Source of the DNA: a virus
Length of the DNA: 64,000 nt
Strand: one strand, 5' to 3'
IMG/VR virus record: IMGVR_UViG_3300035684_000001
Coordinates: 124,554 to 188,553 of that record
Shown one piece after another: positions 19,450 to 29,778 of this stretch; positions within the stretch are counted from its first letter, which is position 1, and every line of letters starts with the position of its first letter. Position numbers and translations under genes: made by a program. The notes beneath the pieces are model-generated. The model was given only the letters and a program-made list of their open reading frames with translations. It was not told the DNA's origin and ran no database searches.

Positions 19450-20070
19450 ATGGGGTCGATCAATTTAAAAAGACTCTTGGTAAAATATAAAACCATGAAC
19501 TATTACACCGCCGATGACGTAAAGCGCTTAAATGGTGACGATACCTTGAATATTCTTCTTTGCTCGGGTGGAAAACCTGTTTTCAATAATGAACCTATTG
19601 ACAAAGAAGAATATTTGTATAGATTTATGGGGTCTTTATATCGAAGGGTTGTGTTAGCGTTGCAAGCAGATCCGAGAGATAATGGAGTTCATTATGTACC
19701 TATTGCTAAATCACTAACTAAAAATTTTCCCGAAGATCGGATTCGTACAATTTTATTACCTTCGGAAGCAGAAAACGTAAAACGTTTAATTGGTGATGAA
19801 ACTCCAATTCGTTTGACAAATCCAGTTGAAGAATTTAATCTTAATAGGACACCCCTTGATAAAGAAGAAAATTTGTACAGATTTGGTGAAAATTTGTATC
19901 GAAAAATTTTACTTCAATCACAGAGAGAACCAAAAGATAACGGAATCTGGTATATGAAAGTTTCTGACTCACTGGCTGCGAACGTCCCCGAAGATCGAAT
20001 TCTTACAATTTTATCACCTTCGGATTCAAACCTTTATTTCGCTAAAGAAGCAAATGCCTCAAAATCTTGA
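19450..20070 (+). CDS. Hypothetical protein with an internal two-fold repeat
   Basis: DKEE.LYRF...LYR...P.DNG..Y......PEDRI.TIL occurs twice. Confidence 0.65.
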   Translation: MGSINLKRLLVKYKTMNYYTADDVKRLNGDDTLNILLCSGGKPVFNNEPIDKEEYLYRFMGSLYRRVVLALQADPRDNGVHYVPIAKSLTKNFPEDRIRTILLPSEAENVKRLIGDETPIRLTNPVEEFNLNRTPLDKEENLYRFGENLYRKILLQSQREPKDNGIWYMKVSDSLAANVPEDRILTILSPSDSNLYFAKEANASKS

Positions 20071-20410
20071 ATTTTATCCCGAAGATTTCTCCTTCCCTTC
20101 CACCCTTTCCCCAGAAGAACAGATGGCGAGAATGGAAGCTCGCTTCGTTCAGTCCATTTTTCAAGGGCTTGCTTACCAGCGACGAGCGACGGCAGCCCAG
20201 ATCCGCGCCGAGAAAGCTTCTATGATCGTGGGCGATCGCCTACCATCTCCTTCCGTCGCCCCGGACATTCATTTACTTGACAATCAAACGAAACCTGCTA
20301 CAGTAGAACAGTATAGAGCTGTTTGCGGTTCTATACTGAACATACTAAATCAAGTTCAACAATGGCAGTTAGTCGCCCCATCATGCAACAGTGAGGGCGA
20401 AAAGCTATAA
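20054..20410 (+). CDS. Hypothetical protein
   Basis: Coupled ORF in the operon. Confidence 0.55.
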   Translation: MPQNLEFYPEDFSFPSTLSPEEQMARMEARFVQSIFQGLAYQRRATAAQIRAEKASMIVGDRLPSPSVAPDIHLLDNQTKPATVEQYRAVCGSILNILNQVQQWQLVAPSCNSEGEKL

Positions 20411-20491
20411 AAATAAGCTTAAAAACAAAATACCAACTCATGCCGAGGTTCATTACCTCGGTATTTTTTTGTCTAGTTCTGGGGATTCTCA

Positions 20492-20890
20492 ATGACAAGC
20501 GCGATCAACAGTCTTGCTCAAAAAGTTCAAGAAAGCTTGGAAGATATAACCGAATCGGTTGACGATGTTATCCAGCAATCTACGGACACCCGAGAAAACA
20601 CACAGTCAGCCATATTGGCTTTGAGTACAGCGACGATCGCCCTCCAATCAAGGCAGATTGAAAATGATTTTGAGCAAGCCAGTAACGCAAAAAAACGAGA
20701 TCGATGGCTGGAAACCTACATCCAGTGGGCGATCAAAGTTGTTAGCGATTGTAGTAAAAAAATTATCTCTGACAGCGAGGTGCGAGCAAGGCGCGAGCGC
20801 GAAAAAGAGTTGCAATTAGGTAGCTTGATAGAACTAGCTACTGCAACAATTAACACCCAAAAGTCAATAATTCAACATCTATTTGAATAA
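20492..20890 (+). CDS. Coiled-coil hypothetical protein
   Basis: Heptad-like helical composition. Confidence 0.55.
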   Translation: MTSAINSLAQKVQESLEDITESVDDVIQQSTDTRENTQSAILALSTATIALQSRQIENDFEQASNAKKRDRWLETYIQWAIKVVSDCSKKIISDSEVRARREREKELQLGSLIELATATINTQKSIIQHLFE

Positions 20891-20893
20891 TAT

Positions 20894-21703
20894 ATGCCGA
20901 CATATTCTGACCATCTAAACGTTAACAATTATTCGATTTTTAATTTACAGGAAAGCGAAGACCCCTCTTCAGCAGTTCGTCGAGATTATGTGATGGCTCT
21001 AGTTGCTGCAATTGAAAAAAAGTTGATGGCGGCGATTGAATCTCGCACGACTGGCATGAACTACAAAAATTTGAAGTCTCCGTGCGAGATCGCCCTAACC
21101 TCTCATTTTAACATTGGCGTAGGTGGATTACCACCACTACAAGGAGTCACCTTGTCAGCAAATTCGCGAGTTTTGCTGACGGGTCAACAAAATCCAGCCG
21201 AAAACGGTCCATACGTTGCTCGTTCTGGAACATGGGTAAGAGCTTTCGATTCTAACGACCCAGCAGATTTTACGTTTGGGTTTACGGTCGAAATTTTGGG
21301 GGGCGATCCGGCAAATAAAGGGTTTTGGATGCTTACAACTCCAGATCCGATCGTCTTGGATCAAACGGCTTTAGTTTTTAAAAAACAAGAACGGGGTGGA
21401 ATTGAATTTTTGGGCGGGGGTGTGGGAGGTAACACGCCCGAAGCTGTTCGCAAATATTTGGGTGCAGCCGAAGAAATAATTTTTTCACCCCTAGGTGATG
21501 GCTCGACTACTGTTTTTACCGTTACTCACGGATTGAACAATCGATTTGTTCAAAAGCCAAGCATTATTCATTTAGCTGAAGGGCTAAATAAATATATGGA
21601 ACCATCCGTTCGAGTCCTGGATGAAAACAGGGTAGAAGTTACTTTTGGTCGCCCTCCTGATACTAATAGTTTTGCCATCACTATCGTCGGATTGCGCCAT
21701 TAA
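20894..21703 (+). CDS. Tail fibre / decoration protein (paralog of 21742..22740)
   Basis: KSPC..A...RVLLTGQQNPAENGPYVARSGTWVRAFD motif; C-terminal GDG..TVFTVTHGLN. Confidence 0.65.
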   Translation: MPTYSDHLNVNNYSIFNLQESEDPSSAVRRDYVMALVAAIEKKLMAAIESRTTGMNYKNLKSPCEIALTSHFNIGVGGLPPLQGVTLSANSRVLLTGQQNPAENGPYVARSGTWVRAFDSNDPADFTFGFTVEILGGDPANKGFWMLTTPDPIVLDQTALVFKKQERGGIEFLGGGVGGNTPEAVRKYLGAAEEIIFSPLGDGSTTVFTVTHGLNNRFVQKPSIIHLAEGLNKYMEPSVRVLDENRVEVTFGRPPDTNSFAITIVGLRH

Positions 21704-21741
21704 CCACACACAATTCACAAATATTTACAAGGAGCAACTAA

Positions 21742-22740
21742 ATGCTATTAGGCAGTAATATTAATGCCAACAATCTAACAATCAACCAGCTTGATCGTTC
21801 AATCGTCGATGGTTCTTCTGCTTGTCGCAATGATCGCGTCAGCAGTATTGAGAATGATTTCAACGCGCAAGCTGCGGCTCTTGAAGCGCAATTTCAAGCA
21901 GCAATAAACAACCTCGACACTAAAGAGTCTTGCCTTGTTGCCGCTACTGAAAACGTCGATATTGCAACAGGCGGACTGCTGACTATTCAAGATACTGTAC
22001 TGGCAATACGCGATCGCGTCCTGCTTACAGCGCAAACAGATCGCACTGAGAATGGTCCTTATGTTGTTGCTGCGGGCGCTTGGGCGCGCGCTGCAGACGC
22101 AGATGCAGATGCAGAAGTTACGTCAGGGATGGCGGTTCCTGTTGTTGGTGGCGACCTTGACAACCGCACTTTGTGGTTGCTGACAACTCGCGATCCGATC
22201 GTCCTAGATACAACCGATCTGACGTTCATTCGCAGTCGTTCGCCATACGAAACTACCGTCGCTGGCGGTGGTTTAGATTTAACCCCAGCCCACGTACTTT
22301 CGCTGATCGGTACACCGGATCGCGTTAGCGTTTCTGGTCCCGGGATTGACATTGCTCCTAACTACGCAGGTCAAGCATCTATCGCGGCTGTCGGCAATAT
22401 TGTCAATCCCGAAGCTCAATGGAATGGTCAGAAGATATCGATCGAGAGAGGCGGTACGGGCGAAACTACTGTTGCTGCGGCAAAGCTTGCTTTTGGTATC
22501 CCAGAAGAAATTTCGGCGACGATCGGTAACGGTACGGATACTGAATACCTTGTTACTCACGGATTGAACAACACAAAAACAGTGTTTGTTAAAGTGATGC
22601 GACGTTCCGACAACGAAGAAATTCAGGTTGGTGTAAAATACGCACTTAATAGCGTTACAGTCAAATTTGACGGCGCAGCACCTCCAACAGACTCTTATGA
22701 AGTCTCAATTATGGGGATAAAGAAACCTTTTTTGGGCTAA
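21742..22740 (+). CDS. Tail fibre / decoration protein
   Basis: KESCLVA...RVLLTAQTDRTENGPYVVAAGAWARAAD; IERGGTG; GNGTDTEYLVTHGLN. Confidence 0.65.
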   Translation: MLLGSNINANNLTINQLDRSIVDGSSACRNDRVSSIENDFNAQAAALEAQFQAAINNLDTKESCLVAATENVDIATGGLLTIQDTVLAIRDRVLLTAQTDRTENGPYVVAAGAWARAADADADAEVTSGMAVPVVGGDLDNRTLWLLTTRDPIVLDTTDLTFIRSRSPYETTVAGGGLDLTPAHVLSLIGTPDRVSVSGPGIDIAPNYAGQASIAAVGNIVNPEAQWNGQKISIERGGTGETTVAAAKLAFGIPEEISATIGNGTDTEYLVTHGLNNTKTVFVKVMRRSDNEEIQVGVKYALNSVTVKFDGAAPPTDSYEVSIMGIKKPFLG

Positions 22741-22851
22741 ATTTTTTAATTGAAACTCCAACTAGGATTTGGTCGTGGATTTCAACTAACGTCTGAAGAT
22801 AGCCTCACTTTGCACCGCGCTTGGTGAGGTTATTTATATTTTTAAAAAATC

Positions 22852-23121
22852 ATGGAAGAAATTACGATTATTCCACTCGATCCACTACCAGAATGTTCGT
22901 CTAACGAAGTACGTAAAATATGCGTCAAAATTGGTGACGGAGTTAAGACTAGATTTAAGTTTATTTTGCCATTTGCAATAATTGTTTCTTGGAGATTGCT
23001 TACGTGTCTTGATGAAGTAATCGAACCAGACTGCTTGTTGCGCGACAAAGAATTAATTTTACATTTTGGTAGACCTCCGTTGTTTCACGAGTTTACTTTT
23101 GAAATTTTGGGAATTTTATGA
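22852..23121 (+). CDS. Small tail-fibre-associated protein
   Basis: IGDGVKTRF motif shared with the fibre C-termini. Confidence 0.45.
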   Translation: MEEITIIPLDPLPECSSNEVRKICVKIGDGVKTRFKFILPFAIIVSWRLLTCLDEVIEPDCLLRDKELILHFGRPPLFHEFTFEILGIL

Positions 23122-23525
23122 AAACAAATGAAGCTGGACTGAACCTGATTAAATCTTTTGAAGGTTTGCGACTAGAAGCTTATCTTTGTTCTGCTGGTAT
23201 TTGGACAATTGGTTACGGACATACTGGCGATGTACAAGAAGGCTATATTATCACAGAAACAGAAGCAGAAGAACTATTTTTGAGAGATTTGCAAAATGCA
23301 GAATCTATAGTCAATGATTTAGTGAAAGTTAAACTTAATGACAATGAATTTTCTGCATTGACAAGTTTCGTGTTTAATGTGGGTTTAAGCCAATTCTCTG
23401 AATCCACTTTGCTCAAAATGCTGAACGATCAAGAATATCAAAAAGCTGCCGATCAATTTTTGAGGTGGAACAAAAATGGCGAGGATAGACGACGAATTTT
23501 GGAACGAAGATTGTTTCTATCTTAA
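23118..23525 (+). CDS. Phage lysozyme (GH24 endolysin)
   Basis: GLNLIKSFEGLRLEAYLCSAGIWTIGYGHT...QFLRWNK...RR..ER.LFL. Confidence 0.95.
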   Translation: MKTNEAGLNLIKSFEGLRLEAYLCSAGIWTIGYGHTGDVQEGYIITETEAEELFLRDLQNAESIVNDLVKVKLNDNEFSALTSFVFNVGLSQFSESTLLKMLNDQEYQKAADQFLRWNKNGEDRRRILERRLFLS

Positions 23526-23541
23526 AGGAAAAATAAATTAA

Positions 23542-23892
23542 ATGTTCTTTTTTCGCCAAGAAAATTATTCGGTAAGGGAAGGCGAGTCTATCGAAATTTC
23601 CGTAGTTCGACACGATAGCTCTCGACCTGCGTCGGTTCGAGTTGCGACCAGCAACAGGAGTGCCAAAGAAACTGACTACGTTCCAATAAATCAAGTTCTT
23701 TCTTTTGATGTTGACGAAACTCACAAAGTAGTCAGAGTTTTTGCAAAAAAAGATTACCTTGTAGAAGGAGATGAATTTTTCACTCTACAACTGTTAGCGA
23801 CAGAACCAAATACTATTGGATCTCCGTCGATCGCCACGATCAAAATTATCGATATGCCCGTACCAACTGACGGTTTACCTACTTTTGATTGA
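23542..23892 (+). CDS. Stand-alone Calx-beta domain protein
   Basis: YSVREGE...VRVATSNRSAKETDY...LSFDVDETHKVVRV...LVEGDEFFTLQL...IGSPSIATIKIID. Confidence 0.8.
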   Translation: MFFFRQENYSVREGESIEISVVRHDSSRPASVRVATSNRSAKETDYVPINQVLSFDVDETHKVVRVFAKKDYLVEGDEFFTLQLLATEPNTIGSPSIATIKIIDMPVPTDGLPTFD

Positions 23893-24004
23893 GTTAATTT
23901 TACAAAAAAATGGCAAAATTAAGCAAGTTATTTTAAAAATAATAATTGTGCATAATGTTACACTAAGGTGTGTTATAATAATCATGTTCACGTTGGTTAA
24001 ACAC

Positions 24005-24556
24005 ATGACACTTGATAATGCAATGAAATTAATGGATGTGCAAGTAGTTTTCACTCTTGAAAATATATTTTCCATTGAAAAAACAATTGAACTAGAGAAT
24101 AATACTTCTTTTGAAAAACTGGTGTTTAAGATTGACAAACCTTTTGAAATGTTTGCCTTACAAGGTTGTACTACATTTTTGGTTGTCTGTAAAGATGTAG
24201 CAATACAAGCAATGAAGTCTGTCAATACTGCAAAAGGAGGCGGACTACCTCTTGATGCTGATGATTCTTTTTCAAATTACCCCGACAAAAATAGCGCTGA
24301 TATTCTTGGTCTTATAACTTCAGCAAAGATCGAGAGTTCAGATTTCTTTGTAAAAGGACATTTGTTTCCTTGGAGTCCAAAAAATAAAGCAGGCGACATT
24401 ATAAACCCAAACAATTTGGGAATATTTTTGAATGGAAAAGTTTTGGGAAATATTGTCGAAATTAATGAATCAAAAGTGTTACAAGTATCTAGCCTCGAAT
24501 TTCTAGGGGGAAATCTTTTTCTCACGAACAACAACTCTGCTCTGCTGCCAGCTTAG
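24005..24556 (+). CDS. Stand-alone diverged copy of the prohead protease domain
   Basis: Aligns to the middle of 26988..28634 (FKID.P, GLPLDADDS, DF.VKGHLFPW, LG..LNGK..G.IVE.N.SKV). Has its own TGTTATAAT at 23971-79. Confidence 0.7.
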   Translation: MTLDNAMKLMDVQVVFTLENIFSIEKTIELENNTSFEKLVFKIDKPFEMFALQGCTTFLVVCKDVAIQAMKSVNTAKGGGLPLDADDSFSNYPDKNSADILGLITSAKIESSDFFVKGHLFPWSPKNKAGDIINPNNLGIFLNGKVLGNIVEINESKVLQVSSLEFLGGNLFLTNNNSALLPA

Positions 24557-24663
24557 AACTTCAAAGTCATAGCTAGCATAAAATTTTTAGCATTTTACTG
24601 GTCAATTAAAAAGAGGGGCGATCGAATTATTATCCTATCGCCCCTCTTTTTGTGAATCAAATT

Positions 24664-25053
24664 TCAGTTATTTAGCGGGAACGACAATTCGATCGCTGTT
24701 ATTTGCGTCAAAAAATATACTGCGCTAGGATTGCGTTCTCCAACTTGCTCTTGCATTTGAATTTTTAAGTATTGTAAGTATCCCGGAGTTAGGGACGATT
24801 CAATTAATTTTGCTGATTCCGCGATATACTTTGCAGACTCCAATTTAGCCATCGCATCTTGTACTTGTGCTTTTTTTGAATATTCTGCACGGGCTAGTGC
24901 TGCCCTTCCGTCTTGTTCGGAACTGTACACATTGTAGTTAGGGATAAACCAAAGCACAAATGCAATTGCAAACAACAAAACTATAAATCCTAAAAAACTA
25001 AAATTGAATTGGTTTGACAGATCGATTTTGAAGCCATATTTTGCCAGTGACAA
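24664..25053 (-). CDS. Membrane protein resembling the phage stomatin/prohibitin-like 'membrane protease subunit' family
   Basis: TM helix followed by PNYNVYSSEQDGRAALARAE...EA/AKLESAK...YLQYL. Confidence 0.6.
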   Translation of the reverse strand: MSLAKYGFKIDLSNQFNFSFLGFIVLLFAIAFVLWFIPNYNVYSSEQDGRAALARAEYSKKAQVQDAMAKLESAKYIAESAKLIESSLTPGYLQYLKIQMQEQVGERNPSAVYFLTQITAIELSFPLNN

Positions 25054-25154
25054 CCGCTTTTAACGCTTTTTATTATACGTTGCTTGTTTGGAAAATAGCG
25101 CACTTTTGTATAAAATTAATAATTTGTTTTAATAAATCTGTGATTTTCCAGAAG

Positions 25155-25496
25155 TTAAGCTTCCGGGTGACGCAGGAACTCAGAACCCCGATCGCCCGCC
25201 CGTTGAACTTTGACTTCCATTCCCGGATACATTTCGTCAAAAACCGAACCGACCTCGTTTTGGATCAAAAATTCCCGGACGTTCCGGGGTTCTCCGTTAT
25301 TTTCGAGCAAAAAGTAAGGAATCAGAGTATCGTTGTAGATACTTGTTTTATTTGATTTCCTTGGGATGTCGCGACCGTAAATAACTGGTGGCGACGCTCT
25401 GCGGGTAATCGAATCCCATATTAGAGTCATAAAAATAAATAAATTTCCTAGCCGGAGTCCCTGCAGATTGCGGTATTTTTTTTCGTTATGGTTCAA
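25155..25496 (-). CDS. Hypothetical protein
   Basis: 113-aa ORF divergent from the portal. Confidence 0.4.
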   Translation of the reverse strand: MNHNEKKYRNLQGLRLGNLFIFMTLIWDSITRRASPPVIYGRDIPRKSNKTSIYNDTLIPYFLLENNGEPRNVREFLIQNEVGSVFDEMYPGMEVKVQRAGDRGSEFLRHPEA

Positions 25497-26915
25497 AACA
25501 GCCTAACCCGATCGCCCGTCCCAGACTTTCAGTATCAGCAACGCGCCATTGCCTCATTATACAGTGCCTCGGAATACTTCAACCCGGTGGGTCACTTTAA
25601 TAAATCGCTCAACTGCGATCCAGTGAGTCCCCAAAAATTGAGGTCGATTTCTAAAAAGACACTGTTCTCGCGGGCGATCGAGCGGATTTCGAATGCTGTT
25701 GTGGCAATGCCGTGGACGATCGCCCCACCAGAAGAACTGAGCGATGATGAAGGAGCTCGAAAAAAAGCGCTCGAATTGACCAAGGCACTGAGCCAGCCGA
25801 ACAACGCGGAACACGACTTGTACAGCAGTTTTGTCAAGGCAGTAATCCGGGATATTCTGGTCATGGGGGTTGCAGCGGTAGAGAGGCAACCGGGAACTCA
25901 AGGATTTCAGCCTTTTTGGCTGTGGGTAGTGCCACCGGAAAAAGTTTACCTAGATGGAAATTGGGATGCGTCTAGGGAGGGTATACACCCCAAGTTTTGG
26001 TACTGTCAAAACCAAGACAGAAGTTCTTATCGTTATTTGGACGATACTAACTGGATACCGATCCTCAGTAAAAATCTTTTTTTAATTCAGAACCGATCCG
26101 CGAGTAACGAATTATTTCCGCCGTCTCCAGTCGCTTGTGCTTACGAACGGTTAAATACGTGGTTGGATCTCGATAACTATCAAAGCCGGATAGTGAACAA
26201 TCCGGTACGAGATTACATGATCACAGTTGAAAATGCTACTCACGATGAATTGCAACCGTTCCGAGAGTATTGGAAAGTCAACGTTGTAGGCTCGGGAGAG
26301 GTTCCGATCCTAGCAGGCAAAGTAGATGTCATAAAATTTGGAGCCAGAAACGACGAAGAGTTATTTTTGAAGTTCTCAGACTATCTGGCTGGGCTGATCG
26401 CGATCGAGTTTGGACTATCGAAGCGCGACTACGGAATTGATCCCCATGATAACCGATCAACGATGGGGCCCGCAGCGGATTTAACGTTCCAAGATGCAAT
26501 CTTGCCGATCGCCACCTGCGTAATTGAAAATTTAAACATCAAAGTTATTGACTTCTATGCTCCTGGATACACGTTGACGTTAACTGACACGGAGCCGAGA
26601 AAAGAAAGCGAGGAAGCTGACACAGCAAGCACTCTGTACACTAACGGAATTATTACAAAAAATGAAAGTAGACGGCGGGTCGGTGAAAAACCTTTAAGTG
26701 AAGAGGGGGGAGATAAATTTTTTGAAGGAAAAACGGGAACAACTGAGGAGACTCTTGCAATTCCAGCAGAACCTCCGATACTACCAATGGAGCTTCCAAC
26801 AATTCCGCCGCAGTCTAAACGAGAATCCCAAGGCAGAACTCGGCGCAAATCCCCGCGAAAACCCAAAAGGTCTTCCATTGAAGAAACTAATAGTATACAA
26901 TTATCATTATTCTAA
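25488..26915 (+). CDS. Portal protein
   Basis: AIERISNAVVAMPW, DILVMGVAAVE, IAIEFGLSK, GIITKNESR motifs; position ahead of protease and capsid. Confidence 0.85.
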   Translation: MVQNSLTRSPVPDFQYQQRAIASLYSASEYFNPVGHFNKSLNCDPVSPQKLRSISKKTLFSRAIERISNAVVAMPWTIAPPEELSDDEGARKKALELTKALSQPNNAEHDLYSSFVKAVIRDILVMGVAAVERQPGTQGFQPFWLWVVPPEKVYLDGNWDASREGIHPKFWYCQNQDRSSYRYLDDTNWIPILSKNLFLIQNRSASNELFPPSPVACAYERLNTWLDLDNYQSRIVNNPVRDYMITVENATHDELQPFREYWKVNVVGSGEVPILAGKVDVIKFGARNDEELFLKFSDYLAGLIAIEFGLSKRDYGIDPHDNRSTMGPAADLTFQDAILPIATCVIENLNIKVIDFYAPGYTLTLTDTEPRKESEEADTASTLYTNGIITKNESRRRVGEKPLSEEGGDKFFEGKTGTTEETLAIPAEPPILPMELPTIPPQSKRESQGRTRRKSPRKPKRSSIEETNSIQLSLF

Positions 26916-26987
26916 AATCACACACGCACCTTTGCCGGGGAACTGCTAATACAGCAGATTTCCGGCTATTTTGTTTTTTACCCAAAG

Positions 26988-28634
26988 ATGGACAAGGAAC
27001 TAGCCGGAGCCGGAAAAATGCTATCTCAATTAAACAGCGGTCGCTTGACAGCGGCTTTTGTTGAGATAGGTAAAACGCTCATAGCCGCAGGCGCAATCTC
27101 CGCATCAGATTTAGGAACTCTGTTTGAAGGGGTTGCAGAAACTTTTGAGGGTGAAAACACCTTAGAAGCGGGTGCAGCTATGAGCCTTCGGGAGCGATAC
27201 AAGCGAGAGATTGTCTGGAGCAATTTTCGCCATTTGCTCAGCAACCTAGAATCTATGTGTAATGGAATTCTTTCCACACCTAAGGATTCAGCAGATCGAC
27301 TATCTGCAATCGTTTCTGACTTTAAAGACACTTTTAACGAAATACTCAAAGAAGCATCAACCCTCGATCCGATTCCAGACGATTTTGGAATGATGCACAG
27401 AGGCGGTCTTTACTGCGCTAAAACAGAAGATCCTAGCGAGTTATCGGCTTTGCAGTTAGTGGAGTCTGCATCTCAATTAGTTGATGTAGAACTGCATTTT
27501 GGTATTGAAAAGCCGCTAATCCTTGAAAAAGCAATCGAAATTAATTCCGACGAATCTGTAGAAACTGTAGAGGCTTCTAGTCCAAATCAAAATATTACTC
27601 CGCTAAAAGGGGTGTTATTTAAAATTGACGAACCTTCCGAGTCAGCTCCTTCAAAAGGTTCTGATTATCCTCTGCTTATCCCTATGGATGTAGCGGAAAG
27701 AGCAATGGAATTTGTTAATGCCGCAAAAGGACTGCCTCTTGATGCTGACGATTCTTTGTCAAAACACGCCAACGAAGATATTATCGGCATCATGACTTCA
27801 GCGGAAATTGATGCTTCCGATTTCGTTGTTAAAGGACATCTATTCCCTTGGAACCAAAAAGACAAGGTAGACGCAATCGCCCTAAACCAAAACAACTTGG
27901 GGATGTCTTTAAACGGAAAAGCTTCTGGGAAAATTGTCGAGATGAACGGCTCAAAAGTTTTTGAGTTGTCCAACCTCGAAATTTTAGGGGCAAACATTCT
28001 ACTTAAGAACAGAGCGACATATCAAAAAACGCGAATTTATCCGCTGGGTGAAATCGCAGCATCCGCACCAAATGAACTAGAAAACCAATCAACAGAAGGA
28101 GTAAAACCAAATATGGACTTAGAACGGGCGATCGGGGAACTCCAAAAAACTTTAGGAGAAATCAGAGCAGATGGCGCCAAGGAGGCTGAAATTGCAAAAG
28201 CCAGAATTCAGCAACTAACAGAAACAGTTAGCGCTCAACAACATTTGCTACAAACGATTCAAGCCGAACGCGACCAATCAATCGCAGTAGCTCAATCGCA
28301 AACTTTGGCGGCCCAAAAAGCCCAAGAACACCAAGAGTTAATTGCAGCTATTGGTACTGCGGTGCAATCACAAGTTCAGGCTCAAGTAGGTTCATTAAAA
28401 GAAGAAATTATCGACTCGATTAATCCTAAGCGAGTACCCCCGCGCATGACTGGTTCTTTGGTGGGTATAACAGCAGCCGGACAGGAAAACCAACAGTCAA
28501 ATGCGGTGCGCGATAAACTTTTAATTATCTCTGGAGAACTAAAAGCGTTAGGCGAGGATCAAGCTACTAATCCTCGACGTATCGCTCTATTAGACGAAGC
28601 TCACAGACTGAACCAACAATTATCTGTAAGCTAG
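26988..28634 (+). CDS. Putative prohead protease / scaffold fusion
   Basis: Lies between portal and capsid; central globular domain plus a C-terminal Q/A-rich coiled coil. Confidence 0.6.
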   Translation: MDKELAGAGKMLSQLNSGRLTAAFVEIGKTLIAAGAISASDLGTLFEGVAETFEGENTLEAGAAMSLRERYKREIVWSNFRHLLSNLESMCNGILSTPKDSADRLSAIVSDFKDTFNEILKEASTLDPIPDDFGMMHRGGLYCAKTEDPSELSALQLVESASQLVDVELHFGIEKPLILEKAIEINSDESVETVEASSPNQNITPLKGVLFKIDEPSESAPSKGSDYPLLIPMDVAERAMEFVNAAKGLPLDADDSLSKHANEDIIGIMTSAEIDASDFVVKGHLFPWNQKDKVDAIALNQNNLGMSLNGKASGKIVEMNGSKVFELSNLEILGANILLKNRATYQKTRIYPLGEIAASAPNELENQSTEGVKPNMDLERAIGELQKTLGEIRADGAKEAEIAKARIQQLTETVSAQQHLLQTIQAERDQSIAVAQSQTLAAQKAQEHQELIAAIGTAVQSQVQAQVGSLKEEIIDSINPKRVPPRMTGSLVGITAAGQENQQSNAVRDKLLIISGELKALGEDQATNPRRIALLDEAHRLNQQLSVS

Positions 28635-28722
28635 AACCGCGCAAAATACCGCGAATACAACCTCAGCCGGGAAACCATCAAGTTTCCCGGTTTTTTATTC
28701 TTTTCGTATCAGGTTTAAATAA

Positions 28723-29778
28723 ATGGCTAATCACGTAAGCGACATTCGATTTGAAGATCCCCTTGCTGTTCAAGATTCCATGATTCAAGCAGGAGCTAGC
28801 AACCTAGGCGGGTTTGCAGTTCGCCAAGATTTTTTACCTTTGATTGGAGATTACCGCGTCAAAGTTACACAATTCTGGAAAAGAATTACTAACAAGCTTC
28901 CGGCAGCTTCCCCGATTATTCAAGAAATGATAACTTCTTCGTTGCCAACAGTTGCGTTTGCACCTAGAGGCAACTTAGAAGCTGTTCCCACTCAACCACC
29001 AATTTCGCTTGGGTATGGTCCTGGGCAAGAAGTTAAAGCAATAGTTGGTCGCATTCACTGCGAACACTTTGCTATGAGTATGGTTCACCAACAAAATAAT
29101 GCTTACGGCGATCAAATGTCAACAGACACTCACAACTTGATTCTGTCGGCAATGCGTTTCTTGGAAAGGTCTTTGTTTACCGGAAATGCAAGCGTTAACC
29201 AACTTGCTTTTAACGGAATGGTGGCGCAAATGCCACCTGAAAACCTTTTTACGGCAGACATTACGAGCGATAATCCAGACGCAATTCACGATAAAATCGA
29301 CGAAATTTGCTCAAGATCGGCGTATCGACCTAACTCGCTGATCGAACACTATCCAACACATATCTTTTGTAGTGGGGCTGGTGATCGACTAATCAAAAAA
29401 GAAATCAAGCAACTTCAGTTATATCACAACGTAAAAGAGATAACTCCTGGCGTTAAAGTGCCAGCTATTTCTACTTCATTTGGAGATGTAGAAATTGTTC
29501 CTACTGTTTATTTGCAAGATAAATCAGAAGAAGATGCAGATATCATTTCCTACTATATAGTCGATATGAATAATTTTGCTTGGTTCGGCGTTTATCCCTA
29601 CGGCGGTCAAAGAAAATTCGAGCCGCAAATATTTGACTTGAGCCACGTAGTGAACGGACTGCCGACCCTGCGAGAAAGAATGATTATTCTCTACGGGACT
29701 CCAAAAGCTATGGACGAAGGTAGGGGAATCTTTAGGCTCGACGTAAAAGCTCCTCGCGGTTCTAAGTTTGAGGGTTAA
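28723..29778 (+). CDS. Major capsid protein
   Basis: 351 aa following the protease. LERSLFTGNASVNQLAFNGM and ISTSFGDVEIVPT are HK97-fold-type motifs. Confidence 0.8.
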   Translation: MANHVSDIRFEDPLAVQDSMIQAGASNLGGFAVRQDFLPLIGDYRVKVTQFWKRITNKLPAASPIIQEMITSSLPTVAFAPRGNLEAVPTQPPISLGYGPGQEVKAIVGRIHCEHFAMSMVHQQNNAYGDQMSTDTHNLILSAMRFLERSLFTGNASVNQLAFNGMVAQMPPENLFTADITSDNPDAIHDKIDEICSRSAYRPNSLIEHYPTHIFCSGAGDRLIKKEIKQLQLYHNVKEITPGVKVPAISTSFGDVEIVPTVYLQDKSEEDADIISYYIVDMNNFAWFGVYPYGGQRKFEPQIFDLSHVVNGLPTLRERMIILYGTPKAMDEGRGIFRLDVKAPRGSKFEG

